A stretch of DNA of 64,000 bases, taken from Macrostomum lignano. Taxonomy: Eukaryota. This document shows positions 62,066-64,000 of this stretch, one piece after another. Both the position numbers and the translations under genes were made by a program. The stretch is taken from the NCBI GenBank assembly GCA_002269645.1, contig NIVC01002259.1, positions 62,001 to 126,000 on the forward strand, given 5' to 3'. The notes below the pieces were generated by a model. That model searched no databases. It was not told the origin of the DNA and saw only the letters and a program-made list of their open reading frames with translations. The first letter of the stretch is position 1, and each line of letters opens with the position of its first letter.

Positions 62066-64000
62066 CAATTCTTCCACCATCTCCAGCGTGACATGCCAGA
62101 GTAATAATTTTCGGAAAATGCCGATACCCTCCAACAACCCCTCAGGGTAGAATCAAAGAGGCAACTGTTTACCTTAGATGAAATGGCATGGTGGAACTGT
62201 TTACCTTAGATGAGCTGTTTTAACATGCATGAGCTGTTTACTGTTACGATAAATCATGATCACAGTAATAGCAGTAATAGCACAAAAGAGTCGAATGCTA
62301 ACAAGAGAGACTCAGCGAGGAACTCAGACAGATATTGCGTGCAGCAGAAAGTCAGCGGTTATTGCTTTTAGTGTTTCATGTGACCTTTTGTCAGGGCATT
62401 GGATGAAATATAATATTACTGAGGTATCTAGAGCAGATTAGGCAAAATGTATCCGGAACTGGTCCTGAATTCGCTAGCAGAACAAATGGGGATGCCAATT
62501 TGATCGCTGGAATGGAACCTAAAGCAAGGAACCGAGAGCTGGTTGAGATTATCCCATGCTCTGCTGTTAGAGACCTGAACCTCCTGCACATCATCAGCCA
62601 CACAGTTGATGTTGGTGCATCAGACGTGCTGTGGTGCCGTACAGTATACAGCTATCAAGATTTAACGGTGCGGGCGATAACTGCTGCAACGAGATGCTGA
62701 GAACACGATTATCCAGGACTCCTGCGGGTGGCTCCTCCGGATTAGTCAGGCAGCTAAGTTAGTGTGAACTTGCTTAGAAAATGCCGCTGCAGCTGCAGCT
62801 CGTCCATGAAGTGTTGCCGTCTTGGCTCTGACTGTTGGCTCGGACGTCATCAAGTTGGTCATTATTGCGGTGTGCACCTCTCTACCCTGACTGAAACTGT
62901 GTCCTGCATAGCAACCCAAGAGTTTTAGCACAGTCTGCAGTCCTACTCAAGGAGTCGCCTACCTCTTGACATACAAAGAGGTATAAAGTTAACATACACT
63001 TTTTGAGCCGACTTGCTGATCCCGAACGAAGAGGAGATCGGGATGGAATCTCTCGGCATTTACTGACTCAACAGTTACTGACTCCAGTATAGGTTTGGTG
63101 CGGGGTTCCATTGTAGAGCCCTAAATTGGCATCGTTTTTGTAGGTCAGAGTTATAAAAACAAAACTGCTGCCACCTCAATGCGCTCAGAGGAAGTTTAAT
63201 TCCGTTTGTTAAACTGCATCCAATCTAAATTGGCGTCAAAAGGGACGCAACTGTTAAACAATCTTTAAACAGCCTATTAACTACCCTAAAACCTTAACTA
63301 CCTTGAGAATCGGATCTGGTCAATAGAATCGCGTCAGGGCAACCTTGCGGCCCTTGAATGATGTCGATTTGTTTGAATTAAACAAATGCAATCTTTTGCC
63401 AACAAGAAAATGTCTATTGATAAGAATTCTTTTATCCAGCAGACTAAGCTGCTCTGTCAGTCAAGTTCCTAGAAATTTCCGGAGTCCTTCTGCGCGTGCC
63501 AGAATGCGAGATTTGCCTTTCAGAGCGCAGAGTAAAAACACCAAAAAAGTGTAGACTTTGGGGCCTATATCGATATTCTGCAGTCTAAATTTAGAGCCAT
63601 CTTCGTGCAAAACATATTTGCAATTTTTTATCAATGATGACGTTAAGGCTCGTACAGCTAGGGTCGTGGTTTGATTCAGCCTGTTTTCAAAGAATTTAGG
63701 GTCCTGTTTTTACAGTTCTGTTCAATGATCATTATTTCAAAACAGGCATTGTTGTCGTGAAAAATTGGTGTCCATGAGTTTTCAAAAAAAATATTTTTTT
63801 CACTTTTTGTATAAAATTGTTCATTGTTGCAACAAGCAGTCTTTAGCGTACCAAAATGATTTCCCTAGGAAAGTCTAAAAATGACATGAAATTCTATGAA
63901 AAAAAAATCTGAAGAAAAACCGGAAACAAGAAGATCGTACTAAAAAATGGGAAGAAGAGATGCTGCGATATCTTGGGAGCGAAGACAATTTTATATTCAA

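Noticed and set aside
62250-62960. Moderately GC-rich stretch with short ORFs
   Set aside because: No motif or splice pattern recognised; left unannotated

Overview
Eukaryotic (metazoan) genomic DNA with GC-rich, Ala-rich exons in AT-rich introns packed with minisatellites. The style suggests a free-living flatworm such as Macrostomum (inference only). Most long ORFs in the supplied track are tandem-repeat or antisense artefacts. Reading splice sites by hand gave five genes. (1) A 1020-aa orphan ORF (+, 10.9-14.0 kb). (2) A two-exon Bcl-2-family gene with a Bcl-G-like C-terminus and no TM anchor (-, 18.8-20.8 kb). (3) A three-exon CDC42SE/SPEC-like CRIB gene (+, 28.6-31.3 kb). (4) A divergent PEX19-like gene ending in CAIL (-, 36.1-37.7 kb). 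(5) A 16-kb SPA17-like locus (-, 40.0-56.1 kb) with an RIIa D/D domain and 13 IQ motifs. The SPA17-like locus is the most interesting system. Its introns hide two candidate alternative first exons beginning MLGCFGRRKKK and MSSFLLCCFG, a skippable 7x acidic-IQ exon and an alternative acidic terminal exon, nearly all joined in phase 0. One gene could thus make an AKAP-anchored or a lipid-anchored, GAP-43-like calmodulin binder. Mobile elements: a dead mariner nested in a hAT MITE (second MITE copy at 14 kb), a Penelope-like remnant with an inverted terminal arm carrying a degenerate hammerhead, a fragmented LOA/R1-like LINE and a second MITE pair. There are about 20 private tandem arrays. All exon models come from sequence alone and lack transcript confirmation.
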